In this document: one piece after another, positions 38,762 to 48,879 of the stretch
How the letters are laid out: every line of letters starts with the position of its first letter
Position numbering within the stretch: position 1 is the first letter of the stretch
IMG/VR virus record: IMGVR_UViG_3300032605_000009
Span: 13,526 to 77,525 of that record
DNA: 64,000 bases
Direction: 5' to 3' (one strand)
Source: a virus
The notes under the pieces: generated by a model
The model's input: only the letters and a program-made list of their open reading frames with translations
What the model was told of the DNA's origin: nothing
Databases searched by the model: none
Program-made: the position numbers and the translations under genes

Positions 38762-40347
38762 CCTTTACAGGTACTTTACTTCCTTATCAGCCAGAGGCTG
38801 TGGATCGTATGTGCGAGCGTAAGAAGATGCTCGTGGCGTACGACCTTGGTTTGGGCAAAACCGTTCTAACTATTGCTGCTTTAGAACGTTTGATGGATGA
38901 AGGAAAAATTACCGAGCCAGGCATTATCATTTGTTTATCCTCACTTAAATACCAGTGGGCTAATCAGATTGAGAAATTTACCAGTGGGACTTCACGCGCT
39001 TTGGTCATTGACGGCACACCAACGAAGAGAAGGGCACAGTACGAAGAAGCTTACGACTGGGGCCACACCCTCGTTGATTACGTCATTCTTAACTATGAGC
39101 AAGTTGTTAACGACTGGGACTACGTTGCCAAGCTCCCACGAGGATTCGTCGTCCTCGATGAAGCCACAGCAATCAAGTCCTTTAAGTCAAAGCGATCTAA
39201 AACAGTAAAGCGTCTAGGTAACGCTGAGTACAAGTTTGCGCTTACTGGAACTCCTATTGAGAACGGTAAGCCAGAAGAGCTTTACAGCATCATGCAGTTT
39301 GTAGACAACAACGTCTTAGGCCGCTTCGATATCTTTGATCAAGCTTTCATCGTCCGCAATAACTGGGGCGGGGTTGACCGATACCGCAACCTTCCAGTAC
39401 TCCATGAGAAGCTAAAGACAGCGGCTGTTAGAAAATCACAGAGCGACGCAGATGTCGCCCCATTCCTTCCAGAGTCAATCCATAAGGAACCTCTAGAGGT
39501 CTTCTTTGATCGCAAGGCCTCTAAACTTTACGGACGTATTACAGATGACCTGTTAGCAGACCTAGAAGAGGCTCAGACGCTCTTTGGTAGCTCCTTCAAT
39601 GTCTTGGCCCACTACGGACATGAAAGCCAGTACGGCGGTCCTGCAGACGAATTACGCGGTCGTTTGATGTCTAAGATCGGGGCGCTAAAGATGCTTTGCT
39701 CCCATCCTGACCTAGTTAAGGACAGCGGTCTTAAGTTTCATAAGATGGAGGGCGATGGGTCAGCCTACGCTGCTGAACTACTAGATGAGGGGCACTTAGA
39801 AGGCATTACGCACTCCCCAAAGCTTGAGACCTTGAAGGAGTATGTAAACGCTCACCTAGACCTTAATCCAGCTAACAAGGTTGTGATCTTTGCCTCATAC
39901 GTAGGTATGCTTGATATTATTGCTGAGGCCTTAGGGCCAGACCAATGCCGACTATACTCAGGGAAACTAGATGCTAAGACTAAGGAAGACAACAAGATCT
40001 CGTTCAACACGCAAGCGGAAGTTCGCGTTCTCATTTCTTCTGATGCTGGTGGGTATGGTGTTGATCTGCCTGCTGCTAATCTACTGGTCAATTATGATCT
40101 ACCCTGGTCATCAGGAGGAGCAATTCAACGTAATGGACGAATAAAGCGGGCCTCATCGACTTGGCCTACTATCGTCATTCAAGATATGATTATGAAGAAC
40201 TCAATAGAAGAGCGTCAACATCAGGCCCTAATGCAGAAGACCTCTATTGCTAATGCAGTAGTTGACGGCATAGGAATCGATGATGAAGGCGGCGTACCTA
40301 TCACTTTGACCAGTTTGCGCCAGTTTCTGCAATCAGCCAGCGTATAG
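38758..40347 (+). CDS. SNF2-family helicase
   Basis: DLGLGKT, LDEA, LTGTPIEN, GVDL, QRNGRIKR motifs. Confidence 0.9.
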   Translation: MTFTGTLLPYQPEAVDRMCERKKMLVAYDLGLGKTVLTIAALERLMDEGKITEPGIIICLSSLKYQWANQIEKFTSGTSRALVIDGTPTKRRAQYEEAYDWGHTLVDYVILNYEQVVNDWDYVAKLPRGFVVLDEATAIKSFKSKRSKTVKRLGNAEYKFALTGTPIENGKPEELYSIMQFVDNNVLGRFDIFDQAFIVRNNWGGVDRYRNLPVLHEKLKTAAVRKSQSDADVAPFLPESIHKEPLEVFFDRKASKLYGRITDDLLADLEEAQTLFGSSFNVLAHYGHESQYGGPADELRGRLMSKIGALKMLCSHPDLVKDSGLKFHKMEGDGSAYAAELLDEGHLEGITHSPKLETLKEYVNAHLDLNPANKVVIFASYVGMLDIIAEALGPDQCRLYSGKLDAKTKEDNKISFNTQAEVRVLISSDAGGYGVDLPAANLLVNYDLPWSSGGAIQRNGRIKRASSTWPTIVIQDMIMKNSIEERQHQALMQKTSIANAVVDGIGIDDEGGVPITLTSLRQFLQSASV

Positions 40348-40365
40348 AAAGGGTATAATTATAAA

Positions 40366-40521
40366 ATGCCTAATGCACCTAAGACCCCAACACGTACCAT
40401 CCGCGTCTCTGACGAGATCTGGAAGCCTGTACAGGCTAAGGCCCTAAAAGAGGGGGTCACTGTTACGAGCGTCATTATCAAGGCTCTTGAGGCTTACTTA
40501 GCGGAAGTTGACAATGCCTAG
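40366..40521 (+). CDS. Ribbon-helix-helix DNA-binding protein (51 aa), not in ORF track
   Basis: TPTRTIRVSDEIW..VQAKA..EGVTVTSVIIKALEAYL; leaderless TATAAT-N6-ATG. Confidence 0.8.
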   Translation: MPNAPKTPTRTIRVSDEIWKPVQAKALKEGVTVTSVIIKALEAYLAEVDNA

Positions 40522-40535
40522 TCAAGTGGTAATGT
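40508..40535 (+). promoter_or_regulatory. Sigma70-type promoter with overlapping inverted repeat
   Basis: TTGACA-N16-TAATGT with TGn extension; TTGAC-N8-GTCAA palindrome. Confidence 0.6.
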
Positions 40536-40560
40536 AATCCATATAACCGAGGGGGTTACT

Positions 40561-40968
40561 ATGGATCTAACTCAGATCAAAGACTTAGTTCGTCAAGCTG
40601 CATCTCTTAAAGATCAATCAGATCTTCTTAATAAGCGCCACTCTGAAATCAAAGGCCGTCTTACAGAAGCTATTGATGAGCTAGGTGAGACAGATGGCCG
40701 TGGCCACATAACACTAGAAGTCGATGACACTGTTAGTGGCATCAAATCTATTTCTAAGCAACGCCGCGTAAGCCAATCAATCGACATCGAAGTTGCCGAA
40801 GCGCTTCTTGCTGCTAAAGGCCTAACAGAAGATTGCGTTAAGCAAGTCCCTGTTCTAGATGAAGATGCGATTATGTCTGCTTACTACCAGAACAAGTTGT
40901 CAGAAGAAGATATTGACAAGATGTTCCCAAAGAAGATTTCCTACGCATTTATTATGAATAAGGGATGA
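40561..40968 (+). CDS. Hypothetical protein (coiled-coil N-terminus)
   Basis: 135-aa ORF with GAGGGGG SD. Confidence 0.7.
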   Translation: MDLTQIKDLVRQAASLKDQSDLLNKRHSEIKGRLTEAIDELGETDGRGHITLEVDDTVSGIKSISKQRRVSQSIDIEVAEALLAAKGLTEDCVKQVPVLDEDAIMSAYYQNKLSEEDIDKMFPKKISYAFIMNKG

Positions 40969-41423
40969 GTATGGACGACGATCTAATTGACGCTACGTTT
41001 GCTGACTTGGATGTTTACTATCCAGGCAGTAAGCGCAAACGCCGTGAGGTCGTAAAGCCTGAACCAAAAGGTGAAGGTGCGTGGGACTCGAAGCCCTACA
41101 TCAAAACACTTCCCAGTGGTAAAGACATTGAGATGTTTGCTGTAGGATCATTGGCAACAGCCTTAGGGCGCCCGCTTATAACCATACGTGCGTGGTTCAA
41201 GTGGGGTTACTTACCAGAGTCGCCTTATCGTCTTCCTACCAAGAAAGACAAGACTGGTGTAGAGCGTAAAGGTAGACGCCTTTACACAAGACCTATGATA
41301 GAGTCTGCAATTGAAATCTTTACGAAGAATGGACTTATGTTCAAACCTCGTATAGACTGGTCGCAACATCCTACGATCGCTAAGGAGATCGCAGATGCTT
41401 GGGACAAACTTCTAGAAAACTAA
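40965..41423 (+). CDS. MerR-like HTH DNA-binding protein
   Basis: VGSLATALGR...TIRAW..WG.LP ... GRRLYT pattern. Confidence 0.7.
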   Translation: MSMDDDLIDATFADLDVYYPGSKRKRREVVKPEPKGEGAWDSKPYIKTLPSGKDIEMFAVGSLATALGRPLITIRAWFKWGYLPESPYRLPTKKDKTGVERKGRRLYTRPMIESAIEIFTKNGLMFKPRIDWSQHPTIAKEIADAWDKLLEN

Positions 41424-41445
41424 ACCATAAGAAAAGGACTGCCAA

Positions 41446-42102
41446 ATGGCCACAGATACAGATAACTACCTAGTGGATCTAGACGATTCATTGGATGCTC
41501 GTCCAGAGCAAATCACATCAGCAGCTAGTAGCGTTGCTTCTGGCTGGGATGCAGCTACAACAAATGCCGCTCCAGCTGATGGTTACCCAGTAGACTTTAA
41601 GCAATCTGAGGATCCTCAGATCATTAAGTTTATTGATCCAGACGGCCCGTTCGCTGTCTACAAGCTTCACTTCCTACAGAACAAGGCTGGTAAGAAGTCT
41701 TACATCTGTATCGGAGAGAAATGCCCACTCTGCACAGTGCTACGTCACCGCCCAGAGGATAAGAAGGCATTCACTATCATTAACTTCAGCGCACCTGAAG
41801 GTGCACAGCGTCAGCAACTTGTAGCGACTCCACGTCTTTACAAGACTATCCACGCTGCTCACTTCTCACCTCAAGGACCATTGACCAAGAACTACTGGGC
41901 AATGAGCCGCACAGGTAAGATGCAAACAACTGTTTACCACATGAATTCAGTCAAGGCTCGTGATCTCAATGAAGATTGGGGTCTAAACGAAGCTGAGGTT
42001 GAAGCCGCAGTTGGTACGTTCAAGCCATACGATCGCTCTGTAATCAAAGAGAACTCTTACCAAGAGCTTCTTGAGATCGCTCAGGATCTACTTAACGACT
42101 AA
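41446..42102 (+). CDS. Single-stranded DNA-binding protein (gp32-like)
   Basis: IIKFID, H...CIGEKCPLC zinc site; directly upstream of polA. Confidence 0.7.
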   Translation: MATDTDNYLVDLDDSLDARPEQITSAASSVASGWDAATTNAAPADGYPVDFKQSEDPQIIKFIDPDGPFAVYKLHFLQNKAGKKSYICIGEKCPLCTVLRHRPEDKKAFTIINFSAPEGAQRQQLVATPRLYKTIHAAHFSPQGPLTKNYWAMSRTGKMQTTVYHMNSVKARDLNEDWGLNEAEVEAAVGTFKPYDRSVIKENSYQELLEIAQDLLND

Positions 42103-42114
42103 CGCACACTAGAC

Positions 42115-42168
42115 GTCCAGAGGCATAGGTTTCCCCCTTTCTCTATGCCTCTGGGCCTTTTTAAGGGG
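42115..42168 (+). terminator. Hairpin/terminator with anti-SD loop upstream of polA
   Basis: 14-15 bp stem, loop TTTCCCCCTTTC, then TTTTT and SD AAGGGG. Confidence 0.65.
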
Positions 42169-42173
42169 TAAAT

Positions 42174-44150
42174 ATGGGGTTAATTCTTACTAAAGAAGAA
42201 CTAGATGAGATGGTTGCTTACTATCTAACACAAGACGCTTTTGCTTACGATGTGGAAACAATGGGAGATCGCCGAGGCGATACTCCAGTAAACGATGTAG
42301 TGTGGATTAGCTTTGCCACATATGGCCGTGTAGATGTTATTCCTATGGGTCATCCTAATGGAGAGTTTATAGGCTTAGACCGCCCGTTAACTGGTCAGGG
42401 CCAAAAGCGTGTAGACGCTGGACATGCTCCTCGTGAAAGCGATTACTCTCGCAGTGATAAGCGAGCAACAAAACTATTCTCACCTGCTCCAGAACAACTG
42501 TTCCCAGCAGAGGTATTCAAGGCGCTAGAGCCTTTAATGTTTAACGATAAGATTCTTAAGGTCGGGCATAACCTAGCCTTCGACCTTACTTCAGTTGCTA
42601 AGTACCTAGGTAAGCGTGTGCCTGTAGGCCCTTACTTTGACACTATGATTGCCTCGTTCCTGTACAACACACAGAATAAAGGTAAGTGCGGACTTGCTGA
42701 TTGCTTGAAGCGTGAGATCGGCTACGAGATGGTCAAGGGCGTCGGTAAAGAGATTGAAGCCCACTCATTCCTAGAGACATATAAGTACGCTGCTTTGGAT
42801 GCTAAGTACACCTTCTTGCTATGGAAAGCTTTAATCCCTAAGCTAGAAGAGTCAGGCGTCGAGAAGGTAATGAACCTAGAGATGGATGTACTGGCAGTTC
42901 TTTGCGATATGAAGCTTACTGGTGCTCCGATTGATATGGACAGCCTTACAAAGCTTCAGATCACACTAGAAGCTGAACTAGAGATCAAGCGTGCTTCTAT
43001 CTACAAGCAAGCTGGTCGTCAGTTCAACATCAACTCTATTCCAGAACGTCAAGAGCTTTTATACAAGCCTAAGATTGAGGGCGGTCGTGGTCTTAAGACC
43101 AAGGTACTCACTACAAAGGGCCAAGAAAAGAGCGATGAGGGTAAGGAACTACTTTACACAGACTACTCCACCTCCTCAGAAGCACTGGCTGAGAACAAGG
43201 AGAAGGACGAGCTTTGTAAATTGCTCGTAGAGTACGCAGATCTTAACAAGTTGCTTACTACTTATGTGATTCCATACCTAGGTGGGGACGTAACCAAGAC
43301 CACTGGCGGTAAGTCTAAGACCGAGTACCGTGACAGCCTGTTAATCAATGGCCGTATTCATTGCGACTTTGTGCAGAACGGTGCGGAGACTGGTCGTTTC
43401 TCCAGCCGTAATCCAAACCTACAGAACGTCCCTAGTCCTGCTACTGCTCACGGTAAGGCGATTCGTAATCTCTTTATCCCACCAGTGGGGCAAAAGCTAG
43501 TAGTCGCCGATTACTCTCAGATTGAACCTCGTATCATTGCTGACTTCTCTCATGACCCAATCATGGTTAAGTCATACCTAGATAAAGAGGATATCTACAT
43601 GACTGTAGCGGCTACCATGGGCGTTAACCGTGCTGCTGGTAAGACCCTAGTCTTATCCATGGCCTACGGCGTAGGTCCTGACAAGATAGCCCGCAGTATT
43701 GGCTGTACCAACACAGAGGCTAAAAAGCTTCTTAACGACTTCGCTGAAAAATTCTCCGCCGTTGGCCTGTATAAGTTAAGAGTCATCGGGGTAGCCCGTA
43801 AGCGTAAGTATGTAGTCACTGCCACAGGGCGCCGTCGCTACCTTCCAGATATCGTATCCAGTAACCGTGAGAAGAAGGCGGGTGCTGAGCGCCAGGCCTT
43901 CAATACTGTGATCCAAGGCACAGCTGCCGACATCATGAAGATAGCCATGGTCCGTGCTCATAAGATGATTCCAGAAGGTGCTAAGATACTCCTCACAGTG
44001 CACGATGAACTTGTGACTTCCTGCCCAGAGCACTTAGCTGAACAGACTGCCGAGGCCATTCGTGAAGCAATGGAAGGCGTAAAGATGCTCAAGACTATTC
44101 CGCTTATCGCGGATGTGAAGATAGTGGATAAGTGGGGTATGGCTAAGTAA
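42174..44150 (+). CDS. polA: DNA polymerase I family A (3'-5' exonuclease + polymerase)
   Basis: YDVET, GHNLAFD, YAALDA, TGRFSSRNPNLQN, DYSQIEPR, IQGTAAD, VHDE motifs. Confidence 0.95.
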   Translation: MGLILTKEELDEMVAYYLTQDAFAYDVETMGDRRGDTPVNDVVWISFATYGRVDVIPMGHPNGEFIGLDRPLTGQGQKRVDAGHAPRESDYSRSDKRATKLFSPAPEQLFPAEVFKALEPLMFNDKILKVGHNLAFDLTSVAKYLGKRVPVGPYFDTMIASFLYNTQNKGKCGLADCLKREIGYEMVKGVGKEIEAHSFLETYKYAALDAKYTFLLWKALIPKLEESGVEKVMNLEMDVLAVLCDMKLTGAPIDMDSLTKLQITLEAELEIKRASIYKQAGRQFNINSIPERQELLYKPKIEGGRGLKTKVLTTKGQEKSDEGKELLYTDYSTSSEALAENKEKDELCKLLVEYADLNKLLTTYVIPYLGGDVTKTTGGKSKTEYRDSLLINGRIHCDFVQNGAETGRFSSRNPNLQNVPSPATAHGKAIRNLFIPPVGQKLVVADYSQIEPRIIADFSHDPIMVKSYLDKEDIYMTVAATMGVNRAAGKTLVLSMAYGVGPDKIARSIGCTNTEAKKLLNDFAEKFSAVGLYKLRVIGVARKRKYVVTATGRRRYLPDIVSSNREKKAGAERQAFNTVIQGTAADIMKIAMVRAHKMIPEGAKILLTVHDELVTSCPEHLAEQTAEAIREAMEGVKMLKTIPLIADVKIVDKWGMAK

Positions 44151-44641
44151 TGGGCTTCTTCGATAAGTTTAAGCGCGATAGAGACCAAGAGGTAACTCTT
44201 GAGTCTATTGAGATCCCTATGTCAACACTCGCACGCTGGTACTTGTATGACATGCAGATTGAAAACCCAGAGGTTATTGCTTCTGACTTAGGTCTTGTTA
44301 ACATCAGTGAAGAGGGTTCAGAAAAGGAACGTCAAGATAGCGATGACCGCATTGCTATGTTGTCTGGTGTTTCGGAGTTCGCAGAGATGATGGCGGAGAT
44401 AAACGCCTCAGTAATCGGCGCAGTTAAGTCACGCATTGTGGAAGAGTGCATCAGCAACGGTACATTAGAACTAGATGAGGAAGAGTTAGAGCTCCTCTAC
44501 GATCAAATGGAACTGACAGATGACCTTTCACACAGTATTGGGCTTAGTGCTATTATGGCTACATTATCAATAGGAATTAACACAGGGCTGCTCCAACTAG
44601 GACCAGCATGGGCAACTGAAGGGCACAAACATGAGCACTGA
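44150..44641 (+). CDS. Hypothetical acidic protein
   Basis: Coupled ORF (TAATG). Confidence 0.65.
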   Translation: MGFFDKFKRDRDQEVTLESIEIPMSTLARWYLYDMQIENPEVIASDLGLVNISEEGSEKERQDSDDRIAMLSGVSEFAEMMAEINASVIGAVKSRIVEECISNGTLELDEEELELLYDQMELTDDLSHSIGLSAIMATLSIGINTGLLQLGPAWATEGHKHEH

Positions 44642-45038
44642 CTGGTGGTCAAAAAAGATGGGCGCACCTGCTGCCCCACGTCAACCTCTACCTCCTGCAC
44701 TTCCCCCGCAGCAATATCAAGCACCTGCGCCCACTAACCCTGGTTACGCAGTAGTCAACCCTACTGTTGAAATAACTCCACAGGTTCTTCCTAAGAGCGC
44801 ACTTAACCCTGTGCGATGTCCTGCATGTAATGGTGGTAACTATCCAAAGGTAGGTATGGGTACCTCACAGAATGGTAGCTTTGACGTTCACCGCTGCTAC
44901 GATTGCGGTTACCCAAAGGTGCAAGCTGGCTCAGGCGTTGGTACTGTAGGCGGTAGTTCCTCAGGAGGTCCAGCAACACCTGCAAAACAAGTTGCTACAG
45001 GCGGATTTAACCCTACGACTATCATTGGACATATTTAA
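44631..45038 (+). CDS. Pro-rich zinc-ribbon protein
   Basis: CPAC...RCYDCGYP motif. Confidence 0.65.
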   Translation: MSTDWWSKKMGAPAAPRQPLPPALPPQQYQAPAPTNPGYAVVNPTVEITPQVLPKSALNPVRCPACNGGNYPKVGMGTSQNGSFDVHRCYDCGYPKVQAGSGVGTVGGSSSGGPATPAKQVATGGFNPTTIIGHI

Positions 45039-46099
45039 TGGCTACAGCAGAACTAGACAAGTTTGTACTAAAGATCAATAAGAAGCTTGGCCCAGGAACT
45101 ATCGTTCGTGGCTCAGAGATTCGTGACAACCTACTAGAGCGATTCCCTAGCGGTTCATTGTCCCTAGACGTAGCGCTGGGTGGCGGTTGGACTGTTAACC
45201 AATGGCACGAAATCGTTGGAGAAGCTTCCAATGGCAAGACTGCTATTGCGCTAAAGACCATCGCTGCTAACCAAAAGCGTGACCCTGAATTCACTACTGT
45301 ATGGATTGCTGCAGAGCAGTGGGTTCCTCAGTACGCTGAGATGTGCGGAGTAGATACCTCACGTGTGTATGTAATCTCTACCAACATCATGGAAGATGCC
45401 ATGGACGCCGTCATCGAGTTGGCTGAGAGCCGCAACGTAGACTGCATCGTTATTGACTCACTTCCAGCCCTAGTACCTAGTGCTGAGGATGATCGTGAGA
45501 TGGGAGAGTCAACTGTTGGTCGTGGCGCTATCGCCTCTAACAAGTTCTTCCGCAAGGTTGGTAAGGCGTCTAAGCGCAGCCTAATAGACGAGTCTGACCG
45601 CCCATTTATCGGAATTATGATCAACCAGTACCGCCAGAAGATCGGCGTTATGTATGGAGATCCTCGCACTACCCCAGGCGGACTAGGTAAGGACTACTCG
45701 TTCTTTACCCGTATTGAGGTAAAGCGCGATGACTGGATCGAGGTCGGCACAGGCGATAGCAAGCGCCGTGTAGGTCAGACCATCAAGATCCGTACCCTTA
45801 AGAACAAGTCTTCAGCCATCAATCCACCAGCATTTATAGACTTCTATTTTGCTGAGGGTGGAGAACTACTTCCAGGTGATTTTGATATCGGCAAGGAGAT
45901 TGTAGCCTTGGGTATCCTAAACAAGATCATCACCCGTGCTGGTGCGTACTACAGCTATGGAGATAGAAAGTGGATGGGTGGAGATGCTATCCTTAAGTCA
46001 CTGAGAGAAGAAATAGATCTACGCGAAACACTTGAGAAGGACGTCCTAAGAAGCGTCTTGGAGAGCTCAAAGTTTGTCGCCTCACTCGATGAAGAGTAA
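45038..46099 (+). CDS. recA: RecA-like recombinase
   Basis: SGSLSLDVALGGG, GEASNGKT, VIDSLPAL, INQ, TTPGG motifs. Confidence 0.93.
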   Translation: MATAELDKFVLKINKKLGPGTIVRGSEIRDNLLERFPSGSLSLDVALGGGWTVNQWHEIVGEASNGKTAIALKTIAANQKRDPEFTTVWIAAEQWVPQYAEMCGVDTSRVYVISTNIMEDAMDAVIELAESRNVDCIVIDSLPALVPSAEDDREMGESTVGRGAIASNKFFRKVGKASKRSLIDESDRPFIGIMINQYRQKIGVMYGDPRTTPGGLGKDYSFFTRIEVKRDDWIEVGTGDSKRRVGQTIKIRTLKNKSSAINPPAFIDFYFAEGGELLPGDFDIGKEIVALGILNKIITRAGAYYSYGDRKWMGGDAILKSLREEIDLRETLEKDVLRSVLESSKFVASLDEE

Positions 46100-46427
46100 G
46101 GGACAACGAGAGTCAAGGAAACACGAGGACCGACTCGCTAAAAAGTTTGACGGGAAGCGCAACGCTGGGAGCGGTGCTTTTTGGAGTCGTAAGGGTGATG
46201 TCAGAACTGATGAGCTTTTAATCGAGCACAAGTGGACTGGCAAAACTCAGTTCACCGTCAAAGCGGTGGAGCTGGAAAAGATTGTCACAGAAGCAATTCT
46301 TGATAGTCGAACGCCTGTCCTTGGATTTCATCTGAACGGCAATAACTACGTTATGCTGACAGAAGATGACTATATGGAGCTCCGCCATTACCTCCAGGAG
46401 TGTACGTGTACAAGGGAGACCCCCTAG
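46089..46427 (+). CDS. PD-(D/E)xK Holliday junction resolvase-like nuclease
   Basis: HE.RLA...G...GSGA....KGDV.....IEHK. Confidence 0.75.
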   Translation: MKSKGQRESRKHEDRLAKKFDGKRNAGSGAFWSRKGDVRTDELLIEHKWTGKTQFTVKAVELEKIVTEAILDSRTPVLGFHLNGNNYVMLTEDDYMELRHYLQECTCTRETP

Positions 46428-46714
46428 ATCGTTGGTACTACCACGCTAAGTGCTTCAATGAAGACACTGAGATATTCTTTCCTCCTAGAGACAAAGCGTT
46501 GTATAAGCCTATTGCTGATAAGGCAAAGGCCATTTGCTTTGGTAAGGACGGAAGACCAGAGTGCTCAGTACGAAGAGAATGTCTGCTGTCTGCTATAAAG
46601 TTAGATGAGCAACACGGAATCTTTGGCGGCATGAGCCACAGAGAAAGAAACGCTTTACAACGTAAGGCGGCTCGTAATAATATGACCATTGAAGAGTGGT
46701 TAGATAAAAACTAG
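46400..46714 (+). CDS. whiB: WhiB-family transcription factor
   Basis: AKC...FFP...AKAIC...C.VRRECL...GIFGG...ER. Confidence 0.88.
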   Translation: MYVYKGDPLDRWYYHAKCFNEDTEIFFPPRDKALYKPIADKAKAICFGKDGRPECSVRRECLLSAIKLDEQHGIFGGMSHRERNALQRKAARNNMTIEEWLDKN

Positions 46715-46724
46715 GGGAGACTAA

Positions 46725-47582
46725 ATGGCACAGAAGCCAAAGGGCGCACTAAAGCAGTTCTTAGATACTACTAAGAAGGAATCTAGAGTACTAGGGAAGC
46801 TAGAGCGTCACTTCCTAGCCACACCCCGCATCAAGGATCGTCGCACCGACGTCTTGCACCCATCTGAGATGGCTAAGGACAGCTGGTGTTATCGAGCCTC
46901 CTATTTTCATCTTATGGGCTTTGAGCCAGCATCAGCTAAGCGCAAGCTATCTATGCAGACTGATGGCGTATTTGAAGAAGGCCATGCCATCCACCATAAG
47001 TGGCAGAAGCGCTTTAAGAACATGAACGCTATATATGGTCTCTGGGAGTGCCGAGAGTGTGATGAGTCCTTCTGGGGCATGCCAGGAGACCATAACGGCA
47101 ATCCTGACGGCGTTGTCTATAAAGAGGTCCCACTAGATTACCCACAGATGCGTATTGCTGGCCACGCTGATGGCTGGCTGACAGAGTTCGGTGATCCACT
47201 ACTACTTGAGATTAAGTCAGTTGGAGAAGGAACCATCCGCTGGGAAGATCCATCCATGCTTTACAAGTACGATGGCGATTTCAAGAAGGTATGGGCTAAC
47301 TTAGAGTCCCCATTCCAAAGCCACATTATGCAAGCTCAGATCTACATGAAGTTGATTGAGCTAATTGGTTTCGACCAACCAGCACCTCAGGAGGCTTGTT
47401 TCATCTACGAGTCAAAGCCTACACAGGAGTACAAAGAGTTCATTATTCCTAAGAGCGACTTCGGCATAACAGAGAAGTTCGACGCAGCGCAAATGATTGT
47501 TGATGCAGTTGGCAAAGGTACCCCACCTATGTGTAATATAGGCGGTCCAGAACTATGCAGCAGTTGTAAGGAGTACAAGTGA
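46725..47582 (+). CDS. Cas4-like PD-(D/E)xK exonuclease
   Basis: HPSE...C.R, G.AIH, GHADG, EIKS, QAQIYM, C-terminal Cys cluster. Confidence 0.8.
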   Translation: MAQKPKGALKQFLDTTKKESRVLGKLERHFLATPRIKDRRTDVLHPSEMAKDSWCYRASYFHLMGFEPASAKRKLSMQTDGVFEEGHAIHHKWQKRFKNMNAIYGLWECRECDESFWGMPGDHNGNPDGVVYKEVPLDYPQMRIAGHADGWLTEFGDPLLLEIKSVGEGTIRWEDPSMLYKYDGDFKKVWANLESPFQSHIMQAQIYMKLIELIGFDQPAPQEACFIYESKPTQEYKEFIIPKSDFGITEKFDAAQMIVDAVGKGTPPMCNIGGPELCSSCKEYK

Positions 47583-48055
47583 TTACCCTCAACACAGGTG
47601 AAGCAAGTGCAGAGGCAGTTGCTAAGCTAACTATTCAAGGATACGGAGCGGCTACTACCTACAACGATAGTATTCCTAGCATCCCTGATGACCTTACAGA
47701 TATTGACGACCAAGAACTAATGAAGTTATTCCAGCACTTTGTTGAGTACAACAACTTTCTACTGCTACAGATCTCATGTGCTCGCATTGATGAAGAGGCT
47801 GCAACTAAAGTATTAGAGCGCTTCGAAGCATCGAAAATGATTGATGCAGTTAAGGGTGAAACCGTTGCTCGTACTAAAGCTAAGACAGCTTCTGACCCTG
47901 TAGGGCAAAAGCTTGATGATGAGCTAGCAGTACGCCGTAACTACCACACCCTGCTTAAGAGCATCCAAGATGGCGTAAATGAAAGCACCAAGGTAATCAG
48001 CCGTGAACTGTCACGCCGTACAGCGAACCCTGGGTTTACGAGCCGTAAATTCTAA
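47579..48055 (+). CDS. Hypothetical helical protein (recombination-mediator-like)
   Basis: C-terminal ISRELSRR; lies in the recombination block. Confidence 0.55.
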   Translation: MITLNTGEASAEAVAKLTIQGYGAATTYNDSIPSIPDDLTDIDDQELMKLFQHFVEYNNFLLLQISCARIDEEAATKVLERFEASKMIDAVKGETVARTKAKTASDPVGQKLDDELAVRRNYHTLLKSIQDGVNESTKVISRELSRRTANPGFTSRKF

Positions 48056-48591
48056 TGAAGGTATTTGACGGAGGTATAGATCTGTCTGAGCCTTTATATG
48101 TTGGTATAGACCAGTCGTATAGCGGGTTTGCAATAACCATGCTAAATGGCACTGGGCACAGAACAACAGTGTTTAAGGCAGGTAAAGGTGGGATTAACCG
48201 CCTGTATGACCTTCGCCATCATCTAGTAAGTACTTTAGAGCATAAAGATATATTGGACGTAGCCATAGAAGGCTATGCCTTTGGCTCACAGATGGCTAAT
48301 ATGCTTGGTGAACTAGGCGGAATGGTAAAGCTGGCCTTGTTAGACCTAGGTCCTTATTACCCACTCATAGTTCCACCAACTAGCCTTAAGAAGTATGTAA
48401 CAGGCAAGGGCACAGGCGTTCCTAAGAGCCAAATGCTATTACAGGTTTACAAGGTCTGGGGGCAAGAGTTCACAGATGACAACGCGGCTGATTCGTATTC
48501 CTTAGCAAAGTTAGTGTCGGGTGAGGCTAAGTTTGCCTATCAAAAAGAGGTGTATGCTAAGCTTCAGGATCCAAAGTTTAGGGAGAGATAA
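48055..48591 (+). CDS. ruvC: RuvC-like Holliday junction resolvase
   Basis: VGIDQS, AIEGY, P.SLKK.VTGKG, DN.ADS motifs. Confidence 0.85.
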   Translation: MKVFDGGIDLSEPLYVGIDQSYSGFAITMLNGTGHRTTVFKAGKGGINRLYDLRHHLVSTLEHKDILDVAIEGYAFGSQMANMLGELGGMVKLALLDLGPYYPLIVPPTSLKKYVTGKGTGVPKSQMLLQVYKVWGQEFTDDNAADSYSLAKLVSGEAKFAYQKEVYAKLQDPKFRER

Positions 48592-48879
48592 ATGGCCTCA
48601 AAGAAGAATTTAAAGAAGAAGATCAGTGAGCTAGAAGCTGAAGTTTATATGGCTAGACAAATGCGTGATTCTTGGCATAGAGCAGCAGAGTTTAATAAAC
48701 AGGAGATGCAAGAGTGGCGTAAGAAGTACGAGCTCTCACAGCTAACCCCAGAAGTTAAAGCAGATACTGAAGCCGCCTTTAAGCGCGGAGGCGCGTTCGT
48801 TAAACAGCAGATGATGACTGGCCTACGTTCTATGGTAGAGGCGCTAGAGATCAACCCTCCTACAGGTCAAAGCCGTTGA
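48592..48879 (+). CDS. Hypothetical protein
   Basis: ORF with GGGAG SD. Confidence 0.6.
   Translation: MASKKNLKKKISELEAEVYMARQMRDSWHRAAEFNKQEMQEWRKKYELSQLTPEVKADTEAAFKRGGAFVKQQMMTGLRSMVEALEINPPTGQSR

Noticed and set aside
46725-47582. Cas4 as part of a CRISPR-Cas system
   Set aside because: Stand-alone phage exonuclease in a recombination block; no cas1/cas2 or array.
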